Source: Pocillopora damicornis
Lineage: Eukaryota
Assembly (NCBI RefSeq): GCF_003704095.1
Contig: NW_020846761.1
Location: 620,001 to 684,000, forward strand
Direction of reading: 5' to 3'
Length of the DNA: 64,000 nt
The stretch's first letter is position 1, and every line of letters starts with the position of its first letter. A program made the position numbers and the translations under genes. This document shows positions 52,301 to 62,542 of the stretch, piece after piece. The notes below the pieces were generated by a model. The model saw only the letters and a program-made list of their open reading frames with translations, made no database searches and was not told where the DNA came from.

Positions 52301-55007
52301 CAATGAATGTGTGATCATAATTACCTTCCCCTGTACACAATAAGGAATCATCTGTGCTTCCATTGGTAACCTCTTGTCTGCTTACAGGCTTGGTCAGTTT
52401 GATTGGCAGCCAATATCCTGTGTTGTTTTGGTAAAACTACACGACATAATAAACAATTATTATGATACATCTGGTACATCAACCCTTTATAAACACATTC
52501 AATAAGAACTGCTTCACATGTTTCTTCCACCTACTTTAATTAAGAAATTGCTTAGAGTTGAAAATTTTTTATAAAATTAAAGGAAACATTTAGTCACAAA
52601 ATCTGAGCCCTCAATCAACCAAATTTTAATCATGCTAAAGAAAATAAAGTGATTTCAGACATGATTTGCTTTGCATTTAGAGTAAAAAGTCTTTTTCCCC
52701 ACTGCAGGATATGCTTTCACTGAGGGATGGCAAGTTCATTTACATGTAAATTTCAACTTACCAAGCAACTTCCCTGTTTCTTAACATGCATGGAAAGTCT
52801 CTATTTTTCTCAAAATTATCTTGGTCAAAGATGCACCCTCTCCTTCCCACTCCCACCCTTCACTTCTCGGGAGTTGTGCCTTAGCTGCTAAAGATTAAAG
52901 TTGTCTTTTCATTTCACCTTGCCATCTCCTTTCAACAGTACTGAGTTTAGTATATAGAGTGTTAATTAGAAGATGTAAGTATGTACTGTAAAGTAAAGAG
53001 GTACTGAGTATAGTTTATAGTATGTTAATTAAAAGATGTAAGTAAGTAGTGTAATGTGGAGATTTATAATTATGATAATTTCAATTTAACTTTAATGAGG
53101 TTGTCTGAAAGTGAAGGAAAATTGTTATGTAAACTTCATCTATTTAACTAAGACATTTTGTAAGTTATTAGTAGTTAGTTGTGGGTGGGGTTAGTATGTG
53201 GGTGAAAGTAGTTTTTAACTTAAATTTAAGTCTTTAACACTTAATTTGTCATAGCTTCAACTGAAACTTGGTAATCTTCAATGTTGATACTCACTGCCAC
53301 CATGTCAGAGATGCTGTCAAAATACTCTCGATCATTAACTGTGAATTGCATCTTCCTGCTCCACGACACCTTCCAGTGGCTGGTTTTGCCATCAATACTA
53401 TGACATCAAAGAGCAGAACAACCCTTTCAATGTTGAAATATTACCTCAAAATCTATGAAGAGCTATGAGGTTCAAAAGTAATAAATTAATGGGGGGAGGA
53501 GAGGTAGCTAAGTATGTATTATCATGAATAAATGTTCATTAACATTATGCAGTAACTGGACGTAGACTGTAGTACAGCCAAACTTACCATACAAAAATGA
53601 TGTAATCTCCAGGATAACTTAAACTCTCTTTGACAAGGAATTGTCCACTGCTTGCAGAGGACATGATCTGTTCTGCTTGGTCACAAGATATTTTCCCATG
53701 GAACCAGCTGTGTTGAAAGCCGCAAAGAAAACAAATTTATAATAAATTACTACAGGGGGCATGTGCATGTACTGTAACTTATATAAAACTGCTTTTACCC
53801 TTTTTTCTTTTCATAATCCAAACTCTATACTAATAATTGCTGTAGACTTTTTGTTAAGGTCTGTGTTGCAACTACAAAGAATCTAACTTTCTTTTGGTTC
53901 AGTCTTGAATCTAGCCCAGTATTTTTTCTTTTTCCTTTTTTTTATAAACTTGGATTGGATGAATTATATAAATTGGATGAAAATTAATTGGCCTGCATCA
54001 TATGAAGGAAAACGTTTAAATAAAACGTTTAAAACATTGAGCAAACAAACGAATGATACTCAGCAAAGTAAGGTGTCACCAATGTGAAAAAAGATGGATG
54101 GACAATTGAATGAATTAGTGAGCAGATGAACAAAGGAAAATAATGCGGAGAATGAATTAAACATTATACAGACATAAGAATGAAACTCAGCAATGAAAAC
54201 ATCTATCACCATGTAAATAAATGGAATAAGAGATGAATGATCGATTGAATGTCAATGAGCGAAGAAATGAATAAAAAAATTTTAACACGCAAGCTCATAT
54301 CTGGTTATTTTAGCGCGAAATAATGCGAGTAATCATTATACCTATAGTTGCTCATGTCAATATTCAAATAATACATTACTACCTTTCTAATTATTGGAAA
54401 ATGTACCAAATATGACGGCGTCTTGATTTCTCGGAAATTTACTTATTAAAGAAGATCACGTACTTGTGCTGTTCGCGCACTCATATAACATCAAAACTTA
54501 CTTTTTCTCCCATGGATGGATTTGCACGTACACAACTGAACCATGATTGACTCCAGATTCGTCCAAACTGTTAAAGGATTTCCCTAAGCATTTGTTCTGG
54601 TAAGGCGAGTCTATTTGGCGCAGAAACAGACTGTGTTCTGGAACACCAAGCATCGCCCGACTCGACAACTTCTTCCTCAGATCGTTGATGGTGGAAGATT
54701 GCCCTTCTTCGAGAGTTACCTTCAGAACTCTTCCTGTTTCGGTCACAGCATTGATAAAAAATGAATTTACTGAGTTCAGCTGTTTGTAGGCCACATGAAT
54801 GAGCGAGCCTGGTTTTATCAAATACCCCACACCAATGCTATGACAATCGATCTCTTCGCCATTTCTTTTCTGCGAAAGACGCTGAGAGGTAGGAGGAAGC
54901 CCAGTAGCTTGAGATATCACTTCTTTTAGCTTGTCAACAGCGTCTGAAGATTGCACCTCCACAGCAATTGTCTTTGCGTCCAATAAGTTGACATGAACAC
55001 GCATCAT
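43308..55007 (-). CDS. ROCO-family GTPase with architecture UBL-UBL-SH2-UBL-SH2-Roc-COR-(Cys/His-rich)-Death, 13 exons, 1349 aa
   Basis: Exons 55007-54502, 53707-53588, 53397-53295, 52436-52325, 51173-50897, 50363-50235, 49391-49292, 48908-48836, 48231-47686, 46956-45483, 44900-44639, 43966-43939, 43627-43308 total 4050 nt, all GT-AG and phase-compatible. SH2 motifs WFHGKIS..FLVKES and WYVGKMS..FLIRDS. Roc motifs GQDHAGKTS, STAGV, WDFAGQ, VGTHAD. COR motifs IPLQW, LHFLCDCGAVLYF, VILDPQWL, YLVPSML. Death domain LAHDVGNKWEQLCRIL...W..AQGSGATYDAL. Confidence 0.85.
44464..44489. repeat. Poly-C tract (26 nt), intronic
   Basis: Read directly from the sequence; homopolymer length is uncertain. Confidence 0.85.
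47279..47520. mobile_element. ~240-bp MITE in a ROCO gene intron
   Basis: Terminal inverted repeats ctggccctggttgtttaaag / ctttgaacaactcggccctg (15/20), plus subterminal TAACCC(A/T)GGGTTA palindromes at both ends. Confidence 0.7.
51425..51860. mobile_element. ~436-bp MITE with 25-bp terminal inverted repeats in a ROCO gene intron
   Basis: tttattttatagatactgatgaaat matches the reverse complement of atttcatcagtacctatataataaa at 23/25. No coding capacity. Confidence 0.75.
52938..53063. repeat. 63-bp tandem duplication, intronic
   Basis: gtactgagt.tagt.tatag..tgttaatta.aagatgtaagta begins at both 52938 and 53001. Confidence 0.8.
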
Positions 55008-55164
55008 GAAACCTGCTAAAATTCGACAAAACCCGAAACAAATCCCAGATGAATCCGTCAAATCACTTTAAAATTATATCTGGGATTTTCAATTGTCTCT
55101 TTATCTTCTTAGAAAGCGCCTGTGTGATTTTAAGCGACGCAAATCAATGAACACATGACGAAGA

Positions 55165-55219
55165 GGAACTGAAAGTGACGTCACGTTTCCGTTTCTGGGA
55201 AACGAACCAATTCTTCCGG
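55165..55219. promoter_or_regulatory. Dense TF-site cluster upstream of the ROCO gene (EICE, CRE, ISRE, GAS and ETS-like)
   Basis: GGAACTGAAA 55165-55174; TGACGTCA 55176-55183; GTTTCCGTTTC (=GAAACGGAAAC) 55185-55195; TTCTGGGAA 55193-55201; CTTCCGG 55213-55219. Confidence 0.55.
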
Positions 55220-55658
55220 TGGTAATACTGCTGATTCACATGGTTTCTTGGTTTCCTTGCCTTTTTTCTCTCTGATCTCTCTTCAACAATCAGTATTAAA
55301 ATCGACAGGAAAAAGTTAGGATTACAAGTAAACAGTGCATTCGTTTTAAAGGATGGGGGCTCGGTGGGAGGGAAGGGAGGGTAAGTTAGTGAGTGCCACA
55401 AATAATTCTGCATTCTTGACTGGTAAACCAAGAATCTGTTGCAAATCCAGTCTCTCTTTATCAGTAAAGTATGTCTGAGTTTATAAATCAATGCCCGACT
55501 AATGATTTGATAATAATTATGCTCTAACTCTTTCGTTTAGGAGGACCGAGCCTTCACCACATAACCTCGGAAGACTGGTAATGAGAGAGTCTCAAACTTC
55601 TTGAGCCCGCGATTTTCACGACCGGAGTAAATGCGAAGAGAAAAAAGGTGGTTGAAAT

Positions 55659-58569
55659 ATGGATTTGGATAGCAAAATTTCTGCCCTAAAAGATTTTACT
55701 TCCTTTGGATCGTCATCGAAAAATGACTCATCTTCCTCACGGGTCAATCAAAGTTCAAATTCTTCTTCCTCGAATGGATGGGGAAATTGGATTGCTAAAG
55801 GGGAGAAGGACCCATTTTTACCCTCTTTGGTGGGTTTTGACCGAAAATTTTTAATTTTTTCTCCTTTTGGTTTTTGAACATCTTATATATCAGTCACTAG
55901 TTCGATGATATAAATCATATCACTTTCAACTTAGCTTCAATGGCAGAGCAATCAAAGCTACATAAATATAAAACGATAATCTCGCTAAATATGACACGTC
56001 ATTAGTAGCTCTGGGCCTTCCAAGGGGTTTGAACGGCTAGCGACGTGACCCTGGAAACGTTATCATCAGCGAAAGAATACAAAATTACCTCGCTAACGCT
56101 CAGCGATGTACGTGATGAGCATTGTAAATCAAAAGGACAGGCTGGAACACTTTACCTGCAGCTGAATGTACATGTAGACATCTGTCATTAATACTATTTA
56201 TGTAAGACTTGTCAGAAAATTCATTTTATTTCATTTTTTATTTTATTTTCATTGAGTTGGAAATCTCGTCAGTTTCAGAGTACAAGAGACCCTTATAATT
56301 ATTGGAAGAAAATCCCATGACAGGATTATCTGTATCTATGGGCATGGTGACTTACTTATTTTCATTATTGTTTACAGTCTAAAACACAACGTATCACAGG
56401 TTTCTTTCTGTTGCTGCTGTTAGGGATCTTCTGCTTTGTAATGGTAAGTTAAAAGGATTAAGATTATGTACACCTCTCCACAGGTTGTTCTCTAACAAAT
56501 AACTGTTACTTATCTTTTCACTTATTACTGTTAAATTAATAATTGTACTTAGCAATACTCCTTACCCTCTACACCCTATCATTATTCATATTTACCAAGC
56601 ATTTCTCTTCACATTTACTGTCATGGTGAAGACAAGGAGAATTTGTGTGGCAGTCAGGAGCTTCTTAAATTGGTGATCATGTCCTTTATTCTCATGACCT
56701 TTACATATGATTTTAGGATGATACTGTAAGGAGAAATAAAAAGCCAGTTGCTCTAAGGGGTTAAAGGGATACAAGTATCTTACTGGAAAATTAAACATGG
56801 AGCAGTCACCCTTCACTTTTTTCTGAAAATTGTTATTTCTGTGTCATATAACTGTTCTGGTTTCTTAACTCATTAAAGGCTGGTCTTATTGCACCTGTTA
56901 TGCTGTTAAAGGCAAGAAAATTTGTCCTTCTCTACACAATGGGAAGTTTGTTTACCATAGGAAGGTAATGTTTTAAATGTATCTCAAGCCCTGAGCTCCT
57001 TGTTAATCAGTTGGGTACACCCTTAAAATTGATTTTTTCCACTATGAAAGGTTCAATTTAGAAGTTCACTTGAGTCATTGATCAAGTTATGTGTGACTTA
57101 TTTCCGATTGCAGGGGAATATATGATATTCACATGGCCAGAATTTTGTGTTCAATTGTTGTCATAGTATTGCTCGCAAGTCCATTTAAGCAAAAGAGTGA
57201 GATGTATCAGCAGCTTTAGAATATAAATTTAAAACCCCACATTGCAATTGGAAATGTAATTTTTTGTTTGTCACATATATGGTAAATTGATATTTGGATA
57301 AAGACAATTTTAAAACACATTTATGGGAAATAAATTCAAAGTCCAGCTGCTTGTTAACTCAGTGTGCAGAAATGGTACTTCAACTGTAAATTTAAAATAA
57401 CTATTAAAAGAATTCTTTCTACAGAAAACATTTAGTGTCTTTAAACAAAGATGAATTCTATGGCGTTGTGATATTTTGAAATTAAGATGCGCTATGTATA
57501 AAATAAAGCTGAAAATTTGATAAACTCAATGATGTAGAAAAATTTTTTTTTTCAAATGTGAAAATATAAATTGTTAATTCACTGAGCGAGAGGAAGGTAT
57601 CACGTTCTTTAAACAGGTGAAATTTTGATATTTCATTTAATGTTTATGTAATGAACATGTTTTGTACACAGATGTATTGTCAAAAAGCAGCTAAAGATTC
57701 GTGTGTGTCTGGTCGTATGTTTGTACAGTCATGTGACTATAAAAGGCCTCCTTATCTTTTCTACTGGCATTTTAATCAGTGTCCAAATTCATTTCAACCA
57801 AGATTTCTTTAGTAAGGTTTGCATCACATCCTTTTCTTTGGTTTCAGTTTTTCTTTACTCTGGGGTCCAGTCAATCATGTCAAACATCTGTGTTCACTTG
57901 AAAGGCTTCCTTTTACTGCTGCTTACTTTGGATCAATGTTTGCAACACTTTACATGGCCATGATTGTAAGTTGTGATGCCTGTTCAATAAAAAATTATTT
58001 CCCTGTTGAATATAGATAAATCAATTATTAACCGATTATCTAAAAGTATAATTCTTATGTGTCTTCATTGATCGTCTAACATAGATGAGATAAGGTTTCT
58101 CTCACATTCAAGCAAATTTGTATTCAAATACTTACAGACTGACATCATACCAATTCTTTTGTCAGGTAAAGAGTACATTGTTGACAGCAGTTTGTGCTTT
58201 GGTCCAAATTCTTGCCCTAGTATGGTAAGTTTGGTTCAGATATTATTCTGAGCCACGGGATTGCAATGTTCCCCAATGAAGCACATTGTGCAGAAGGCTA
58301 AACAAAGTTAAAACAAATGACGGCGTTTATTCAGAAACTTATGGGAAGTAAAGCTAAATAAAATGATGTCATGTTGAAATGTAACTGACTTGTTTATTCA
58401 CAAGGTAACATTACAATGTTAACATTAACCAGGCAATTTTTGCTTCTCTGTTTTTTTCCATAGGTACTTTGTCAGCTATATTCCTGGTGGGACAACAGGC
58501 ATGAAATTTTTTACCAAGCTTTTCTCATCTGCAGTAACAAAAACAGTTTCTAGCACCCTTCCTGTCTAG
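55659..58569 (+). CDS. SFT2D3: Vesicle transport protein SFT2 family (SFT2C/yeast Sft2-like), 6 exons
   Basis: Exons 55659-55829, 56378-56443, 56879-56964, 57848-57965, 58166-58224, 58464-58569. Motifs LSKTQRI, LLKARKFVLLYTMGSLF, SFSLLWGP..H, ERLPFTAAY, WYFVSYIPGG and C-terminal LPV; four TM segments. Confidence 0.88.
56561..56768 (-). mobile_element. MITE relic, copy B (same family as 27027-27215)
   Basis: Reverse complement aligns with 27027-27215; ends are ccctttaacccctt / gggtgtagagggtaag. Confidence 0.6.
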
Positions 58570-59174
58570 AAATGGATATTTTTTGGTCAGCTTGACACCC
58601 TGCCCCAGAGGTAGTAAACGGACTGCAGATTAGGAATTTAATTTGTCCGATGATATGCAATTTCACCAACGGAGCATGGTCAGGGGGTTGCTATGGCAAA
58701 TTTGGTACGTGAGATGTCGGTATTATGGATGGAAAGATGGCTGCTGACCGACAAGAAGGCATGTTTACCTAGCCTAACTTTCAAGTTGAGGGCTGTTGGT
58801 TACTAAGGTCAATAACTTCCCTGAGCGTGGAAGTCAGACGAATACCCTCGTGAAAACTGCGTCAAGATGACAAAGACTCAAGAAAAGTGTAATTTGAACG
58901 AGGCCTGGGGTTGAATTTCAGCAGATGATGTCTATCACGCATAAAGGTCATTCACCATACACGTGTCACGTCCGCCATTTAGCTCATCGCTAAGTTGCAA
59001 AGTATTTACAAACGATCTAGATCTGGCGGCGGCTGCAATACCGGTGACTTCGTACAAACTCATTCATAAAGTAAAAAATGAGGACTTAAATTATAAAGAA
59101 AACGCCGATTATTATCTTTTATGAGCCAAAGGTTTTTAAATCAGTTGAGGTACAGGGAGGGGTAAGGAAGATTT

Positions 59175-59420
59175 AGGTTTTAGGTTTTAGATTTAGGTTT
59201 TAGATTTAGGCTTACCCCTTAATTATGTTGGATTGAAGAAGTAATCCAACATAATTAAGGGGTAAGTTCCTAAACAAAATGTGGTGCTGCGTCGGTGGGA
59301 GGGTTAGCAGGTAATTTAGTGTTAACAACTGAGTTGAAAACGTAAATTGGCCACCGTAAAGGGTAAAAAAGCTGACGTTTCGAGCGTTAGCCCTTCGTCA
59401 GAGCGATTGTGCGTAAAGTG
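59175..59420 (-). mobile_element. Penelope-like element terminus with terminal inversion and candidate 10-bp TSD
   Basis: Flanked by the direct repeat AGGAAGATTT (59165-59174 and 59421-59430). Contains a (TTTAGG/TTTAGA)n run at 59171-59210, a perfect 24-bp inverted repeat (59211-59234/59243-59266) and a hammerhead motif. A homologous relic lies at 32370-32520. Confidence 0.7.
59371..59404 (-). ncRNA. Minimal type I hammerhead ribozyme motif (Penelope-associated)
   Basis: Minus strand reads GCU-CUGACGA-A-GGGC-UAAC-GCUC-GAAAC-GUC-AGC. It has an intact CUGANGA/GAAA core, a 4-bp stem II, a palindromic ACGU stem III and a 3-bp stem I. Predicted cleavage is after GUC, between 59374 and 59373. Confidence 0.75.
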
Positions 59421-59716
59421 AGGAAGATTTGCTGAGGTGTTAGTTAAAGTGCTCTAGCTATCTCTATTGGGACTTGAAGAAGTCTTTCAGCAGTGTCGTT
59501 TAAAAATGTTGGTTAGGAAAGGGACTTCATTTCTGTGAAAGGTCTTGGAAAGGCCTACCCATGGGATCAAACGTGAGGGGGTAAAAGATATGTTTAATGC
59601 CCTTCTTCTACCCTCAGGGTAGCTCCTTTATAGACTCTTCGCTGCTATGATTTTACTTATCAGCGAGGTTTTCATTAAAGATTTCTCAATTTATTGACAG
59701 CATGCATAGTTTGTGA

Positions 59717-62542
59717 TTAAGCTCTGAGTCTTGCCCTCAGCATTCTTTTGACATTTTTCCAATAATGGGACTGTGGTTTACTCCAGGACAAGGTAAACAT
59801 GGCGTCAAAATCAAACGGCTCGAAAAATTCCAGACGATGGCTGAAAAAGCAAAGAATAAAAATTACTCAACGAGAGTAGTGCCCATGTTCCAGTCTCAGA
59901 TTCTTTACATATCCGCCTCAAACCAAATGAGGATGATGAGAAATAGGCCCAAAACTGAGAAGGCCTGGGAACGTTTGGGGAGAAAGAGTATTAAAAGGGA
60001 GAGGTTAAGATTGAAGTCTAGCCTTGTTTGAAGTCGTGTTTCCCACCACACTAAATCAAAGGGAGCAAATGAGAACTCACTGTGAACGTGTATGCGGCTA
60101 AAGCGAGGAAGAACTCGGGCGACGAAATCATGATTAATTTTAGTTTTGAATTAGATTGGTTGAGAGGGTGTCACGAGTTTCTGCACTAATCATAGAGTGT
60201 GGAAAAGCAACATAAATACCCTCCTTCACCCCACAGAGTTGAAAGGTATTGCAACTAGCTGATCGAAATTATAGGACAGACAACTTACAAGTCAGGATTG
60301 GTGACATCAGCTGATGCAGGATACAGTGACTCGTATTTCCTTTGATTCCCTGAGCCATGAATAGCGTATGCATTGATTTTTCTCACTTCAGGAGGAAAGT
60401 AGTCGATTGGGATTTTAGCAGTTCCGTTCCATGTATTTTTTGCGTGGTCGATTGTGGCTGCGTACTCAATCGGAAGTTTGTCCTGTCAACGAAAAACGAG
60501 AGGAAAATTAAGGTTACCTTTAGGCTTCCGGCTGTGTTTATTGGAATGTTCGTGTTACTCTGAACAGTGTGCACAAGATACGAGCCAGCAATTGTTTAAA
60601 AAAAGAGAGAAAGAAACAAAGGAAACAAAAAAAAATTTACTATACGATGTAATGTAAAAATTTTCAGTTACCGGTACATGGAACTGCAGAGAAAAGAATG
60701 GAATAATTGATCTCTTCCTAGCAAACAAATCTTCTGCAAAGTTAAGTTATACTTACTAAGAATTTCTTTCGCACTCCATTTAAAAGGAGGAGCAAGTGCT
60801 GTCCGTGCCTAAAAACATAATCCAACCGGATATTTTAATTTTCAAAACAAAAACAAGGGGAAAGATGACATAGAACATCACCAACTCCTAAGCAAGGGAC
60901 CCCATGGGGGGGGGGGAGCAGGATTGCATGAGACTCCTTTTGTAGAGTTAAAGTGATAAGTTCAAACAGTGAATCAAACTGGCATGCCCCCCCCCAAATG
61001 ATGCTAATGAGACACTATCGTGGCAACTCCTCCCATCCAAGATACTCCTAGAAGAAAGCAAACGGAATTCTTCAATTCTTGAGGAGGTTGGATGCCGGCG
61101 GCAAATTCCTCAAATTCATTTTTTAATTTCTTTTTTCAAATTGTAAAAGTAAAGAATTTCGAAGGGTGAAAGGCAACACTCACGGACTAAGCTCAATTTC
61201 TAGGTATTTCTCTCGTTTTCCAAGGAAAAAGACTTCAGCGACTGAAATAAGAAAGACAAGGAATAAGGAATAATATAATCAATCAGACTGTTAACGGACA
61301 AGTGTATGTCATTTTCTCAATAAGGATGATAATAAATTCGTAGTTTTTTAAGCTCCTTAAATTGTATAAAAATAGTCGACTACTTTTATCTGTTTTTTTC
61401 ATACATCTACTATATATTCACTTGTTTCTTTATCTAAATAGCTGTTTTAAAAGAAAAATAGGTTTTTTTTATAGGACTGTTAAATTAAAATTTTCAAATT
61501 GGTAAAAATTTGCAAACACTAACCGAGTGGGTTCTCAATCACGCGTCAGCGAACCATGGAATACCTGATCATGCCCTCTTCTTTTTAGGCTTTAACTAGA
61601 TAAAGTACGCGATCTTGCTAAAAACTATAACAAGCCAGTTACTATTTGACTGAATTATAGGAATTGATTATACAAGTCTTGGCTAAAACGAAAAATAAAT
61701 AAACAATTAATTGCCTTGATTTCAAATCATAATTGAAAGGCCACCCGCCTAAATTCCTGAAATATTGCAGTTTACAAAACTCATGAATTTAGAGTCATAC
61801 CTTCATAATCCCACAATCCATCACAGGCACTTCCTGCTTTGCACGGTGGAGGGTCTGGGTCATTAAAGAACGGTCCACTAACAGAAATACGTACGGTTCG
61901 GGAGTCCTGGGCACTAATTTGGAAAGTGACAGGGGCGTGGTTGATTTTGGATCCATTCCACTCTGTATTGATGGCAAAATTGTATTCCTGATAAAGGAAA
62001 AAAAAACCTTGAGTGATGCATAGTAAACAGGATGCTCACGATAGGGTTAAACTATGATTAGATATATCACGTTCTTTCACCTACTAAAGCTAGACGTACT
62101 TCATTAGAAATAGAAGAAAAGGCCTAACACCAAAAGATTATAAAAATCTCTTGTTAACACGTTAAAATAGATTTGCAAAGGGTAACGTTGCATTTAATCC
62201 AATCACAACAAATTGCAACACCCGACTGATTAGATGAAGATCCTTAATTTACGTTTTTCCTTGAAATCTTTAAAAGGCTCGAGGCAAAGCGCTTTTGTGG
62301 ACTGAGGCGACTGTCTCTGATCACTAATAATCAGGTACCGGCCATGGTCTGCAATGCAAGTAGTGATGAAATAACCTGCTGGTACCTGTAACTTTTGTAG
62401 GATAAGTAAATTTCTGAATCAATTGAAACGCCGAAAAATCGCTTACTTAATGATAAAAATTTCGTACCTTTGGACAAGACTGGCAAAAATTCACGTAGAA
62501 AACGAACACGAGCAAAACGCAACTATAAATTTTGAGGAACAT
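59717..62542 (-). CDS. C4orf33: UPF0462/C4orf33 homolog with N-terminal signal peptide, 6 exons
   Basis: Exons 62542-62468, 61987-61801, 61241-61184, 60808-60757, 60482-60289, 59840-59717. Motifs GPFFNDP, LWDYEVAEVFFL, YLEIELSPHGQHLLLLLNG, YFPP, NAYAIHGS, YESLYP and PDFHRLEFF match C4orf33. The ORF track misses this gene. Confidence 0.9.
60055..60215. mobile_element. Degenerate interspersed repeat fragment in a C4orf33 intron
   Basis: aatgagaactca...gattaattttagttttg..t.gattggttgagagggtg resembles a common coral repeat from memory. No termini were identified. Confidence 0.3.

Noticed and set aside
52348-52530. 60-aa ORF as a candidate ROCO exon
   Set aside because: Wrong frame. The real exon is 52436-52325 in another frame and completes SH2-1.
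3118-58569. Functional cluster of trafficking genes (EXOC8, GOLIM4, SFT2)
   Set aside because: The genes are interspersed with unrelated ones, and nothing in the sequence indicates co-regulation.
58687-58700. RFX X-box-like GTTGCTATGGCAAA downstream of SFT2
   Set aside because: It is a single imperfect motif with no nearby transcription start.
59171-59210. Interstitial telomere
   Set aside because: The units are TTTAGG/TTTAGA rather than TTAGGG and are better explained as slippage at the insertion junction.
61964-61990. Plus-strand CIDGKI resembling the SH2-1 CIDGKT segment
   Set aside because: Coincidence; it is the antisense of C4orf33 exon 2.
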